A stretch of DNA of 64,000 nt from Euprymna scolopes. Taxonomy: Eukaryota. Shown piece by piece: positions 51,713 through 63,274 of the stretch (within the stretch, counting starts at the first letter, position 1; the number at the start of each line of letters is the position of its first letter). The DNA lies in assembly GCA_053919585.1 (NCBI GenBank), contig CM132794.1. The stretch is one strand, 5' to 3'. The notes under the pieces were generated by a model, which worked only from the letters and a program-made list of their open reading frames with translations, was not told the DNA's origin and ran no database searches. A program made the translations under genes and the position numbers.

Positions 51713-54230
51713 TGTAGTGTTGACGCAGACTGGCACTGCACTAAATCGAGAAAAGTCAAGGAGGATGAAAAGATCGAGGATAAAAAAAAAAATTCCAAGA
51801 CGTTCACTGGAAAATTGCAATGAGGACTTGGGCCTTGGGAGGCTTATTGCCATTCAAATGTCAGTGTAGACTTATAGTCACTTCATGCTATAAATCCATG
51901 ACAATCGGCTGTTGCGATAACGCAAATTCATTTGCAAAGGTGGTCTAAAAGGTGAAGTGTACTGTAGATCTGGACAGGCGTGTTGTCACCTAGACCCAGG
52001 GAACATCACAGGTTATGATATGTTAGTAATCACTGATGTTTGTAAAAACGGTTAGTGAGTAAATAATAAAACAGCAGAAAAAAATGGTCGTGCGATGCTT
52101 ATCTTTTCTGCTATTTCTCTTTATATAAGTAATACATCCATCAGAAAAGACCTAAGAAGACAGGAATTACAAATATAAATATTAAGGATGTGTTACATTT
52201 TAGTGTGATAAGTACTTTATTAAACAGTTTATGTCAAAAAATAGAGCTCAATACTTAGTTTTTAATATGAGCTGAAATCGTTGTAGGATAATCCAAATTG
52301 AAGGCGCATATATGTTTCGAAATAACATCAAAAAGATTATCAATAAAATGTTCTAGTTTAGCCATGTTGTCAGGAAAGGTTACGAAATCAATGTATAGCA
52401 GGAATTAAAGTAGGAATTTTATGATAAAAGACATCGAGGTAGGTGTATAAATCTCCAGAGTGACAGATCTGTAGCGATGTTAATCTCCCTCTGTTAACGG
52501 TGCAAACATTTGCAAGACACTGAACAACATGAATGGGATAATGCACTCTTCAATGATTATGCAAGATGTTAAAAGTAAAGTATTGTTTCTTTTACTAACA
52601 GATTCCTCAACTACAATGAATATGATATAACATTTCCTACCTTACGAATCTATTTATTTTCTCAATTTTACAGCCGTTTCGCTCCTACTGGAAAACGCAA
52701 AATCGAACATTCAGTATTTTCTATATGATTAAATATTTCTTTTCCAGAATATATTTTTGTAAACTTTCATTTTCTATAAACCTAACACGTTTCCATTCGA
52801 TATATATGATACGACAGTCTTACTCGTTTATAGTTTTATAAATTCTTTACAACAGACCAGACGAAGTTAATTGTTTTCATAATTGGCTAAAACTTTGGTT
52901 TTTATTACACGATAGCCGAATGTGGCTAAATAGTCAGAGTGAACGAAATAAAATGGCTGAGGTGACCTAAACAAATGCATATATGCATATTTAAACAAAA
53001 CATTTTTAAATGGGTTGCAATTTACTCCTTTGACATAAGAAATATCTATCTAAGTCGATTACGGCACCTCAATTGTGTATGTACACACTTATGTGTCTTA
53101 ATGAAGATGCAACTTGTATAATATTATACAGTAAGATGTGGATGTTTAAGCCCGATTGCATGGATACTGAACAGAAAACCCTGATCACAACGTCAGTAAG
53201 TCGAAAAGGACAACCAGCAAAAAAAAAAATGGTATTGTCAGAATAAATGATAATCGTAAACCATCTCAAACTTGTTTATCTCAGAACAGTAGCGGATCAC
53301 ATAAACAAATGTTATTTAACATGAGCACTGTAGATGCTAAGAAGCAGTACAGGACCTGACGATGAGATCCGATTTCTACAACTGTCATGTCCGAGAACCG
53401 TTTTGCCGTTTGAATTTAACCACGAAATAAAAGCAATATTTTAGAGGCACGGGAAAAAGTAACTTGCATATATGCTGTTTATACGCTGAGTAGCAAATCA
53501 TTTCTAACGAGCAAAGAGAGTCTATTCAAAGTTTTTGAAATATCTGAAATCCCACATTTAAGACATAAAAAATACGAATTCCATTACGATCCATAATTTT
53601 TATACAGTTATTAAATGAAAATCACTTAATGAGAATTGATCAGAATTAGAATAAGGTCACGGTCTAATGTTTATCGCCATCTTACGGTAATATCTCTGGG
53701 CTCACAGAATAATATTGTTGATTTTCATACAAAAATTTGTTCATATAAAATATTCTTTTATTTCTTTCATGATATGAATTTTCAATTTTAACAATAGAAC
53801 AAAATTTGACAGCAAAGATTTTGAATTCCTTGTTGAGCTAAATATGTTTGATGAATAAAATGCCAACGTTTGATTTACATTTTTAATTGATTATTTATTT
53901 GAAAAAAATTAATATGTTCTATCGGTCAATTTTACTGATAGATAAAAAAATACAAACAAACAAAAAACAGATTTTCTAAGTACATCAAATCTTAAAAAAT
54001 ATTAAAAACTTCTAAACTATTGTAAAAAAAAACTGGTGGTAGTCTTTCATTTTGATTTTCTAAATATTTATTTTTCTGTCTGTANNNNNNNNNNNNNNNN
54101 NNNNNNNNNNNNNNNNNNNNNNNNNNNNNNNNNNNNNNNNNNNNNNNNNNNNNNNNNNNNNNNNNNNNNNNNNNNNNNNNNNNNNNNNNNNNNNNNNNNN
54201 NNNNNNNNNNNNNNNNNNNNNNNNNNNNNN

Positions 54231-55331
54231 TAATAACTCTCTCAATTTTCAGTCTGCAGACTCGCAATTTGGTATACAGGGTACTGACATGTGGGGCAAT
54301 CTTTGTAATCCGTTTTTGGCCAGAAATTACGCTGTCAATGGGTAAAAGTTCAACGATTTGACTTTTGAGAACTCTACCAAACTCCTCCGACAATTTTGGG
54401 TCTAAACACTTGAAATTTTAGATAGAAGTTCCTTGGGCATGGGTCTGACTTGATTTGAGCCCAAAACAATAAATGTAAAGGGGTCATAATAGGGGTAAAA
54501 GTCTTTAAAAAATTGATCTCTGCGGTCTCTACAAAATTACACGGATAATTTCTGGTCTAAACATTTGAAATTTTACATAAAGGGTAATCAGAGATAGGCC
54601 AAGCTTTTTAATCGGTTTGAATTGAAAATTTGAGGGTGGTTGTTTTTGTTTTACGACATATCATCCCTTTTCAGGTTATTTAATGCCGAATCCAAAGATA
54701 TTGAAGAAAATGTTTTTAATAGAATATATTTGTTGTTTTCAAGTCGGTTTCTATTTAATTAATAGTTGGGACTCTAACAGGTACAACCACTCCGGGTCAG
54801 AGTGGACCTGGGAGCAATGGCAATTAAAGGGTAGCTCCACACTTCCCAAAGCCCGCAAGCTGGGGTCTCACCACTGGATATAGTTTAAGGTCATATCCAG
54901 GACCCGAAATTTTGAGCTACCAATATATAAATGTATGTATGCTTGCATGTCTGTCTAAAACTTTCGACAGAGGCGACGGATTTTCACAAGACTAGTATCG
55001 TTTTGAAGCTCGACCCTACCGACAAATACATTAATTTATTCACTCTCCGACGGATACATTAATTTATTCACTCTCAACTAGGCACTTTTCTACAGGGAGG
55101 GGTCGCTTTTTTCGACAATATTTTCGAAAGTCGCCCCTATTTTCGATTGTCTAGCCTTAATTTAAACCTAAGTCACTTCCGGTTTGGCGGTGGTCGTAAC
55201 AGCAAAGGCGCCACGTTTTCCACCGATCTTTTCCTCCTTCGCGGCACGGGTCGAGCCTGCCTTCCTTCTACGACTTTTTTTTCCCAACTCACATCCTCAA
55301 ACACCCGGGCAACGCCGGGCATCTATGCTAG
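54231..55331 (+). mobile_element. Composite Helitron-like element (A+B) with nested SINE-like insert; second copy at 56057-57127
   Basis: Collinear with 36325-37195 apart from the insert; 5' end lies in an N-block. Confidence 0.8.
54635..54905. mobile_element. SINE-like insertion with ~11-bp TSD (second copy at 56465-56735)
   Basis: Absent from the 36763 homologue (gaaaatgtgag|ctacc); flanked by gaaaatttgag / gaaattttgag. Confidence 0.75.
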
Positions 55332-57156
55332 GACACAATAAAAAATACGAATTCCATTACGATCCATAGTTGGCATGCAGGAAGACTTATTCCCTGAATT
55401 TGATTTTAATACTCATTGATCTTAAATGTATAATTTTTATACAGTTATTAAATGAAAATCACTTAATGGGAATTGATCAGAATTAGAATAAGGTCACGGT
55501 CTAATGTTTGTCGCCATCTTACGGTAATATCTCTGGGCTCAGAGAATAACATTGTTGATTTTCATACAAAAATTTGTTCATATAAAATATTCTTTTATTT
55601 CTTTCATGATATGAATTTTCAATTTTAACAATAGAACAAAATTTGACAGCAAAGATTTTGAATTCCTTGTTGAGCTAAATATGTTTGATGAATAAAATGC
55701 CAACGTTTGATTTACATTTTTAATTGATTAATTATTTGAAAAAAAATAGTATGTTCTATCGTTCAATTTTACTGATAGAGAAAAAAATACAAACAAACAA
55801 AAAACAGATTATTTTCTAAGTATATCAAATCTAAAAAAAATATTAAAAACTTCGAAACCATTGTAAAAAAAACTGGTGATAGTCTTTTATTTTGATTTTC
55901 TAAATATTTATTTTTCCGTCTGTATTNNNNNNNNNNNNNNNNNNNNNNNNNNNNNNNNNNNNNNNNNNNNNNNNNNNNNNNNNNNNNNNNNNNNNNNNNN
56001 NNNNNNNNNNNNNNNNNNNNNNNNNNNNNNNNNNNNNNNNNNNNNNNNNNNNNNNNAACTCTGTCAATTTTCAGTTTGCAGACTCGCAATTTGGTATACA
56101 GGGTACTGACATGTGGGAAAATATTTGTAATCCGTTTTTGGCCAGAAATTACGCTGTTAAGGGGTCAAAGTTCAACGATTTGACCTTTGAGAACTCTACC
56201 AAACTCCTCCGACAATTTTGGGTCTAAACACTTGAAATTTTAGGTAGAGGTTCCTTGGACATGGATCTGACTTAATAACTTGATTTGAGCCAAAAACAAT
56301 AAATGTAAAGAGGTCATAATAGGGGTAACAGTCTTTAAAAAATTGACCTCTGCGGTCTCTACAAAATTACTCAGACAATTTCTGGTCTAAACATTTGAAA
56401 TTTTACATAAAGGGTAATCAGAGATAGGCCAAGCTTTTTAATCGGTTTGAATTGAAAATTTGAGGGTGGTTGTTTTTGTTTTACGGTATATCAACCCTTT
56501 TCAGGTTATTTAATGCCGAATCCAAAGATATTGAAGAAAATGTTTTTAATAGAATATATTTGTTATTTTCAAGTCGGTTTCTATTTAGTTAATAGTTGGG
56601 ACACTAACATGTACAACCACTCCGGGTCAGAGTGGACCTGGGAGCAATGGCAATTAAAGGGTAGCTCCACACTTCCCAAAGCCCGCAAGCTGGGGTCTCA
56701 CCACTGGATATAGTTTAAGGTCATATCAAGGACCCGAAATTTTGAGCTACCAATATATAAATGTATGTATGTTTGCATGTCTGTCTAAAACTTTCGACAG
56801 AGGCGACGGATTTTCACAAGACTAGTACCGTTTTGAAGCTCAACCCTTCAGACGACAAATACCGACAAATACATTAATTTATTCACTCTCAACTAGGCAC
56901 TTTTCTACAGGGAGGGGTCGCTTTTTTCGACAATATTTTCGAAAGTCATCACCTATTTTCGATTGTCTAGCCTTAATTTAAACCTACGTCACTTCCGCAA
57001 AGGCGTCACCTTTTCCCCCGTTCTTTTCCTCCTTCGCGGTACGGGTCGAGCCTGCCTTCCTTCTACCACTTTTTTTTGCCCAACTCACACCCTCAAACAC
57101 CCGGGCAACGCCGGGCATCCATGCTAGGATATACACACACACGCGCGCATATACAC

Positions 57157-57222
<66 letters not shown>

Positions 57223-57258
57223 CTACCAGTCAAAAAGTTATATATAATAGTACTGATA

Positions 57259-57473
57259 TGTTACGATAAAATAAATACGCACATTAATTAGTCACACATA
57301 TGTGTCTGTTGGTGGAACTCACTCGTACACAAATTACGAACTCTCCTAACCATACAACGAGAGGTACCACTCTAGGAACTCACTCGTAGTAGGTCATATC
57401 GGCATACAGTACTACAGCTCTGATGCTCTGTGTATTCTGTCTTATCATATAAATATATTTTATAAATTATTTC
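57259..57473 (+). mobile_element. LTR-like fragment
   Basis: Starts TGTTACGA; partial similarity to 62865-63075 (taggaac..actc, tgtattctgtctt). Confidence 0.35.
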
Positions 57474-60257
57474 TGTAGAGAAAATTTTGGTAGCTGCCCT
57501 AAGAAATGTCCTAACCCCCCACTTATCACACACCTCTTTAAAGGCTTCTGATCGGAAAGCGGGGCCATTGTCCATTAACTATTCCTCAACCGGTCCTCTC
57601 TCCAAAAATATTTCTTCGGTAACCCCTCCGATCGCCCATGCAGCTTCTGCTCTGATATCTCTCCAGATGACAAACTGCCCTGGTCCACAGTCGGCCACAT
57701 CTAGGAGGCGCTACGCTGAGAGGGAGCCAAGTAACTTTTGGACGCCTCGGCGCAATAGGGATGTCGGGAGTGGAAGGTGATAGAAACATCAGAACGCAAA
57801 ATTCGGAGGCTTGCTGCATCGAGGATGAGGATTTACTGGCGAGGTTCGATGGCAAGACGTGGAGGGTGGAATGGAAATGGATCTCCGGGTCTCCGGAACT
57901 ACTAAACAAAGTAAGCTACTACGAGAAAACACTGCGAGGAGAGATAAGAAAAGGATTCGAGGAAGAAGTAGAGAGGTGGATAGAATAGGGAATTCTGAAA
58001 CCGTGGACAGGGGAAGAAAAACAAGTTCTACCATTACTGACGGTTGTTCAACCCACCAAGAACAAAGTTAGACCGGTACTGGATTTCATAGAATTAAACA
58101 GACACGTAGCCGTCCACAGAATCAAGTATCAGCCCCAAACTAACAATAATAAAATAAAATAGAGCGAACTTGAATGCTTACTAGACACTGTCCTCGAGTG
58201 TCTAAGGTCTCTCTGTACAGGGGTTTGTCAGAACAACCTGGCATGAGGATACTTTTTCCAGAGAAGAAACCCTGACCAAATATTCTAAATCACATAGTAT
58301 TCGCTGCCCAAATAAGATCTCACTATGGCTAATCCACATTAGCTTTTCCGAGGAATGATGCACCTTCTCCAAGTGATGTTACCTCAAGTAATAGCACGAA
58401 GCCGGATACTCCACCAGACTAGATAAATTCTTGTCCTGGAATTCAGTAAGACTAAGAGATCAAAATGAAATGTATACAACGTATGAAAATGGTTAATTGG
58501 GGAGAGGGAAATATTTTTCTCAATTTCTTTACTAACTCAGTGTTTGAGAGATAAAGAAGTTTAATGAAACATTCGAATATCTATGTATCTCATATAGAGT
58601 TCAAATGATAGCCCCAGGTCGTGGGCCGCTTGATTTCTGAGAACTTCGACTGAAGTAAAATAAAACAAGAAAGGGGATTGACGTATGGGAAGAGGTCATG
58701 AAGAAATGGAGGAGGATGGAGCGGGTCACTAAGATTGTCGACTTGAAGTCGGCTTATCTCCAGATCCATGTAGATGAAAAACTCTGGCAACATCAATTGG
58801 TTCGCTACAAGAGGAATATTTATTGCTTGACGAGGTTAAGCTTTGGGCTGACCTCAGCCCCCAAATTATGACTGCCGTGCTGAAGACGGTGCTGGGTAAA
58901 GACTGAACAGTGGACAAGGTCACTTGTTCGTACATTGACGACATTCTCGTGGAGGAAGCAGAGGTGACAGCGGAAAAAGTGAGTGGCCATGTAGAGAGGT
59001 ATGGGTTGACTGCAAAACCGGCAGAGTCTCTTGATGGAGGAGCGGCATTGGGGTTGAAACTATTCCGAGATGGAAAAGGAAGTCTTCTCTTTAGACGAGG
59101 GAATGCGATACCCGAAGTCGGAACTGACCTGACAAAACGAGAACTCATCTCGATCTGCGGGAGATACGTGGGACACTATCCAATCGCCGGCTGGCTCAGG
59201 ATAGCGTTCAGATTTATTAAACGATAAACGGGCACTGATGGCTAGGAGGGCCATGTGACGAAGGAGGTCACGAACATTCTACAAGAAATCATCGCGAGAG
59301 TTATGAAAGAAGACCCAGTGAAGGGGGAATGGTACGTCAGCGGCAGAGACGCGCGGGTGATTTGGTGCGATGCCAGCAGCCTGGCATTGGGCGTCGTATT
59401 AGAGATGGGAGGTGTAACTGTGGAAGATGCAGCCTGGCTAATAAAGAAAAACTACTATTCCCATATAAATGTAGCCGAACTGGAAGCCGCTATGAGAGAC
59501 ATAAATCTGGCCCTGAAGTGGGGATTGAAAACAATTGAAATAAAATCCGATTTGGCAACGGTATTTTCATGGATCAGGTCGACAGTGACTGGCGATAAGA
59601 AAGTTAGGACCAGAGGTGTTGCAGAAATGCTGATCAAGTGCAGTCTCGGAGCACTCGCAGATTTGATAGAGGAATTCCAGTTGAGGGTATCTGCTGTGCT
59701 GGTCCCATCGGAAAAGATGAAGGCGGATCCGATGACACGGCAGTAAGAGGTAAAGGAGGTTTTCTCAGTATGCTGTGCAGGGGAGGAAGTTAAAAAGTTA
59801 AATGAAATGCGTCACTTTGGTCGAGAACGGACGTTATTCCTGGCAAGAGAGGTTTGCCCGGAAACCATCGAGGAGGAGGGGGAGGAGGTCAAGGAGGTAT
59901 TGGATCACTGTCATGAATGCGAATATATAGACCCCGGGCCGTCCAGACAGGAAGCAGGAGAGTTGCACATTGCGGAGGACTAGAAGCGATTGGCCATTGA
60001 TGTGACCAATTATCGCCATAAGCTGTATCTGTCGATGGTCGACTGTGGACTGGGAAAGTTTGCCATCTGGAAAGAGATCAGAGAAGAAGCTGCATGAATG
60101 ATCGGAGGGGTCATCGAAGAAATATTTTTGGAGAGAGGGCCGATTGAGGAACTGTTAATGGACAATGGCCCGCTTTCCGATCGGAAGCCTTTAAAGAGCT
60201 GTGTGATAAGTGGGGAGTAAGGCAATTTTTAGGGCAGCTACCAAAATTTTCCCTACA
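57474..60257 (+). mobile_element. Rearranged, degenerate Ty3/Gypsy-like pol region (PR end-RT-RH-IN) bounded by inverted integrase-derived repeats
   Basis: RT YIDDIL (58910..59227), RNase H WCDASSLALG/AELEA (59255..59746), zinc-finger remnants and integrase DNGP near 60160; interrupted by another repeat at ~58117-58675. Confidence 0.85.
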
Positions 60258-60331
60258 CCTCCCCCTGATCTCATGGGTAGGGAAGTAGTATCTGTCTGTC
60301 GGATACTCCTTAGTAAAAGTGGCGCTATACG

Positions 60332-60425
60332 GCTAGACACAGCTAGCCCTCCATACTTGGCTAGACACAGCTAGCCCTCCATACTCCGCTAGACACAGCA
60401 AGCTCTCCATACTCCGTTAGACACA
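60332..60425. repeat. 28-bp minisatellite, about 3.4 copies
   Basis: gctagacacagctagccctccatactyg units. Confidence 0.9.
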
Positions 60426-60429
60426 ATGG

Positions 60430-60669
60430 AAAGGAGATTGACGCATATGAAGAGGTCATGAGGAAATGGAGGAGGATGGTACGGGCCACTAAGATTGTCG
60501 ACCTGAAGTCAGCTTATCTCCAGATCCATGTAGATGAAAACTCTGGCAACATCAATTGGTCCCGTACAAGAGGAAGATGAATTGCCTGATGAGGTTAGGC
60601 TTTGGGCTGAGCTCAGCCCCCAAAATTATGACTGCCGTGCTGAAGACGGTTGAGAGGAGTAAAGACTGA
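60430..60669 (+). mobile_element. Second copy of the Gypsy RT segment (paralog of 58670-58907)
   Basis: KIVDLKSAYLQIHVDE-encoding sequence is repeated. Confidence 0.85.
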
Positions 60670-61050
60670 AATTGGCTTTCGCTGAGAGTCCATTTGAAGC
60701 ACTCGACAAGCTTGAAAAGTATTGTTGTCGAGCGAGTGACTCAATCCTTCCCGAACCCCAGAACCGAATCCTGATCGTAACCTCACAATACCCATACCTG
60801 AGTCTTTCTTAATGACCTTTCTGGGACCCAAAAATCTGGCACCGAGGTACACAATGTTATATTCTGCTACTTGCCATTGAGTTCTAGCATGCAGTTACTC
60901 TTAGTCTTTACTGACGTTTTGGGTGGCAATAAGCCTCAAAGGTTAAAGTCCCCATTGCACGTTACCAGTGGAGGTAATGTTACTGCTTTTTCCCTCAGTC
61001 TGTCCATCATCCTTGACTCTTTTTGATTCAATGTCGTGCCAGTGTGTCTC
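60670..61050 (-). mobile_element. LINE AP-endonuclease fragment
   Basis: ORF 60936..61208 ends in VTCNGDFN; extent approximate. Confidence 0.45.
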
Positions 61051-62389
61051 NNNNNNNNNNNNNNNNNNNNNNNNNNNNNNNNNNNNNNNNNNNNNNNNNN
61101 NNNNNNNNNNNNNNNNNNNNNNNNNNNNNNNNNNNNNNNNNNNNNNNNNNNNNNNNNNNNNNNNNNNNNNNNNNNNNNACCACGGTTAATAAACCCCTTT
61201 TCAAACAAAAAAACTTAAGGATAAACTTACACTTGTACTTACACATTGAAAATATCTCCCATATTCAAATAACAAGATCAACTTTCAATTGGTACAATGA
61301 AAATACTTCATCTAAATGTTTATGGTATTACAAATCGCTTTCGTTGGATTCCGGATAAACAAGTTCACAAAACTCTATATGAAAAACATTTCGATTAATA
61401 TCTAAGCCGATATATCTGTAAGATTTTCTCTCAGAAAACTATTTTCTTTTCGGAGAAATAATCTTTATTCCACGCACAGCATTAAAATTTTATAAGACGG
61501 ACAAAATATTCGACGCTTTCTTTAGAAGCTAAGGAATTTATACCAGCGGAATTGTCGGCAGATGATTTTAAATATCCTTTTTCACCCAAGGACTAATGTC
61601 TGCAAAGAATACTGAAATCAGTGCTAGCGAAATTCGAAAATAAACTGTGTCAGTTTACAGAAAATTGCGGAGGATAGCCACAGAGTTGTAAATGTGAGAA
61701 GCAGTTATAAAAGTCTAGAGGAATCGGCGTTGCATGTGTTAGAAAAGTAAAGTATAAATCTAAAAATTACTTCGTTGAAAAAGAGAAAAATGAATATGTT
61801 CAACCACAGTCTACATGTAAACCAATAACTTACTTCCTTAAAAAAGTAAGAAAAGAATATGACTACCCACATTTTCAAAACACGCGAGCCATACAAAAAC
61901 AGAATAAATTACTTCAGGGACCATGTCACTGATGTAGAGAATTATATTGGGAAAAATATTGTCGTTTTTTTTTAACAAAACGTATAAAAATTGCGGCAGG
62001 TATGGTCATAAAATTCGCGTTGTAAAGGCAAGGCGAAAAAAAAAAAAAGAATCAGGCAAACAAGATCCAACGAAAAGTTCGAACAGTTTACGCAAGTACG
62101 TAATTGTTAAGATATTAAATAAAACTGTTAAATCATAGTTGGACAGTGGGTCTCATATTTTTATGATAAGTTTTTATAAACGTGAAACTGAGTTAGCAAA
62201 CCGGTTTTGCAGAAAGCACAAATATCAATTCGCATTGTGATTGTGAATAAAATTAATTGTACTGGAGAATTGCAGGGTAGAATGATAAATTTGTCGCTGT
62301 AATAAAAGAATAACGCTACAGCTTTATTTTAAAACTTTTATTGAAAAAAAATCAATTCAGGTAACTTAACTATGTAGAAGAGCAGACAT

Positions 62390-62750
62390 CTATTTAATGT
62401 GGCCGCTTTCAGCCTAAATCGCTGCCTCGATACGGGTCCGGAATTGAGAGCATGTCTTTTCCACTAGCGCCGGCAAGAGCTCGGAGAATACTCGACTGAT
62501 GGTGGCGATCGAACAGGCTTTGGTGTTGTAGGAGATCATGTTGGCAATGTTCTCGATATATAACCAAACGAAGTAGTTGAGCGGGTTCAGGTCGGAAGGG
62601 GGGGCAGTGAGAGAAGGGCACAAAGTCGAAGCACTCCTACAGAAGCAAGCCTTGGTCTGTTTGGACTTGTGGGTCGACTTTGAAGATGTGATGTAGCCCT
62701 CACTTGAAACCAAACCAAAGATTATAACCGTGACCGGGAACTTCGTTGAG
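62390..62750 (-). mobile_element. Tc1/mariner (IS630-Tc1-mariner) transposase C-terminal remnant
   Basis: PPSDLNPLNYFVW (SPDLNP.DY motif) and the C-terminal CSQFRTRIEAAI*AESGHIK. Confidence 0.85.
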
Positions 62751-63072
62751 CTGTGCCCTTGAGAAAAGAACCCACATGATTATCGAGATCCAATGCGAAA
62801 AAGATATTAACAGATTTTTACGATGGAAAAATTCTTAGGATGGAGGTGTTTTGGGTAACCCACCTGTACACTATATAACAGGAACCCTCTTAAAAGTACA
62901 AATGAACACCTAGGAACCACTCAAGATAGTAAGTCACGGTTCCCCATATGAGGTTAGGTACTACAACTCGATTTATTTCTGTATTCTGTCTTGTTTTAAA
63001 TACAAATACCGTTCCTAAACTCTATCCGTGTCTGAATCTGTTTCAGTGACCTTTCTCTTCCACAGCAAACAG

Positions 63073-63116
<44 letters not shown>

Positions 63117-63137
63117 TGTTTGTTTTAATATAATTAT

Positions 63138-63178
63138 CCACTCACACGTGTTTCGTTGTCTAGAACTCATCAGAATGG
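63138..63178 (-). ncRNA. Minimal type I hammerhead fold (family H4) with non-cleavable triplet GUG
   Basis: ccauu CUGAUGA guu-cuagac-aac GAAA cacgug UG agugg; stem I ccauu/agugg; palindromic stem III acacgugu; T-arm-like cgatttcgaatctcg upstream; (TA)n on both sides. Confidence 0.7.
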
Positions 63179-63225
63179 CTAGATCTAGCGAGATTCGAAA
63201 TCGGGACTCAACGGTAAGGAGGCTA

Positions 63226-63274
<49 letters not shown>

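Larger units (their letters stand above)
53562..57128 (+). repeat. Tandem duplication of a ~1.78-kb unit (53562-55331 and 55332-57128)
   Basis: Both units start ataaaaaatacgaattccattacgatccata and end at the Helitron hairpin plus CTAG; high identity; the second copy has ~60 extra bp at 55369-55430. Confidence 0.95.

Noticed and set aside
53352-53392. CTGACGA motif with ggac/gtcc flanks
   Set aside because: No GAAA after a stem II.
60332-60425. 28-bp direct repeats as a CRISPR array
   Set aside because: Units are contiguous with no unique spacers, there are no cas genes, and the context is eukaryotic.
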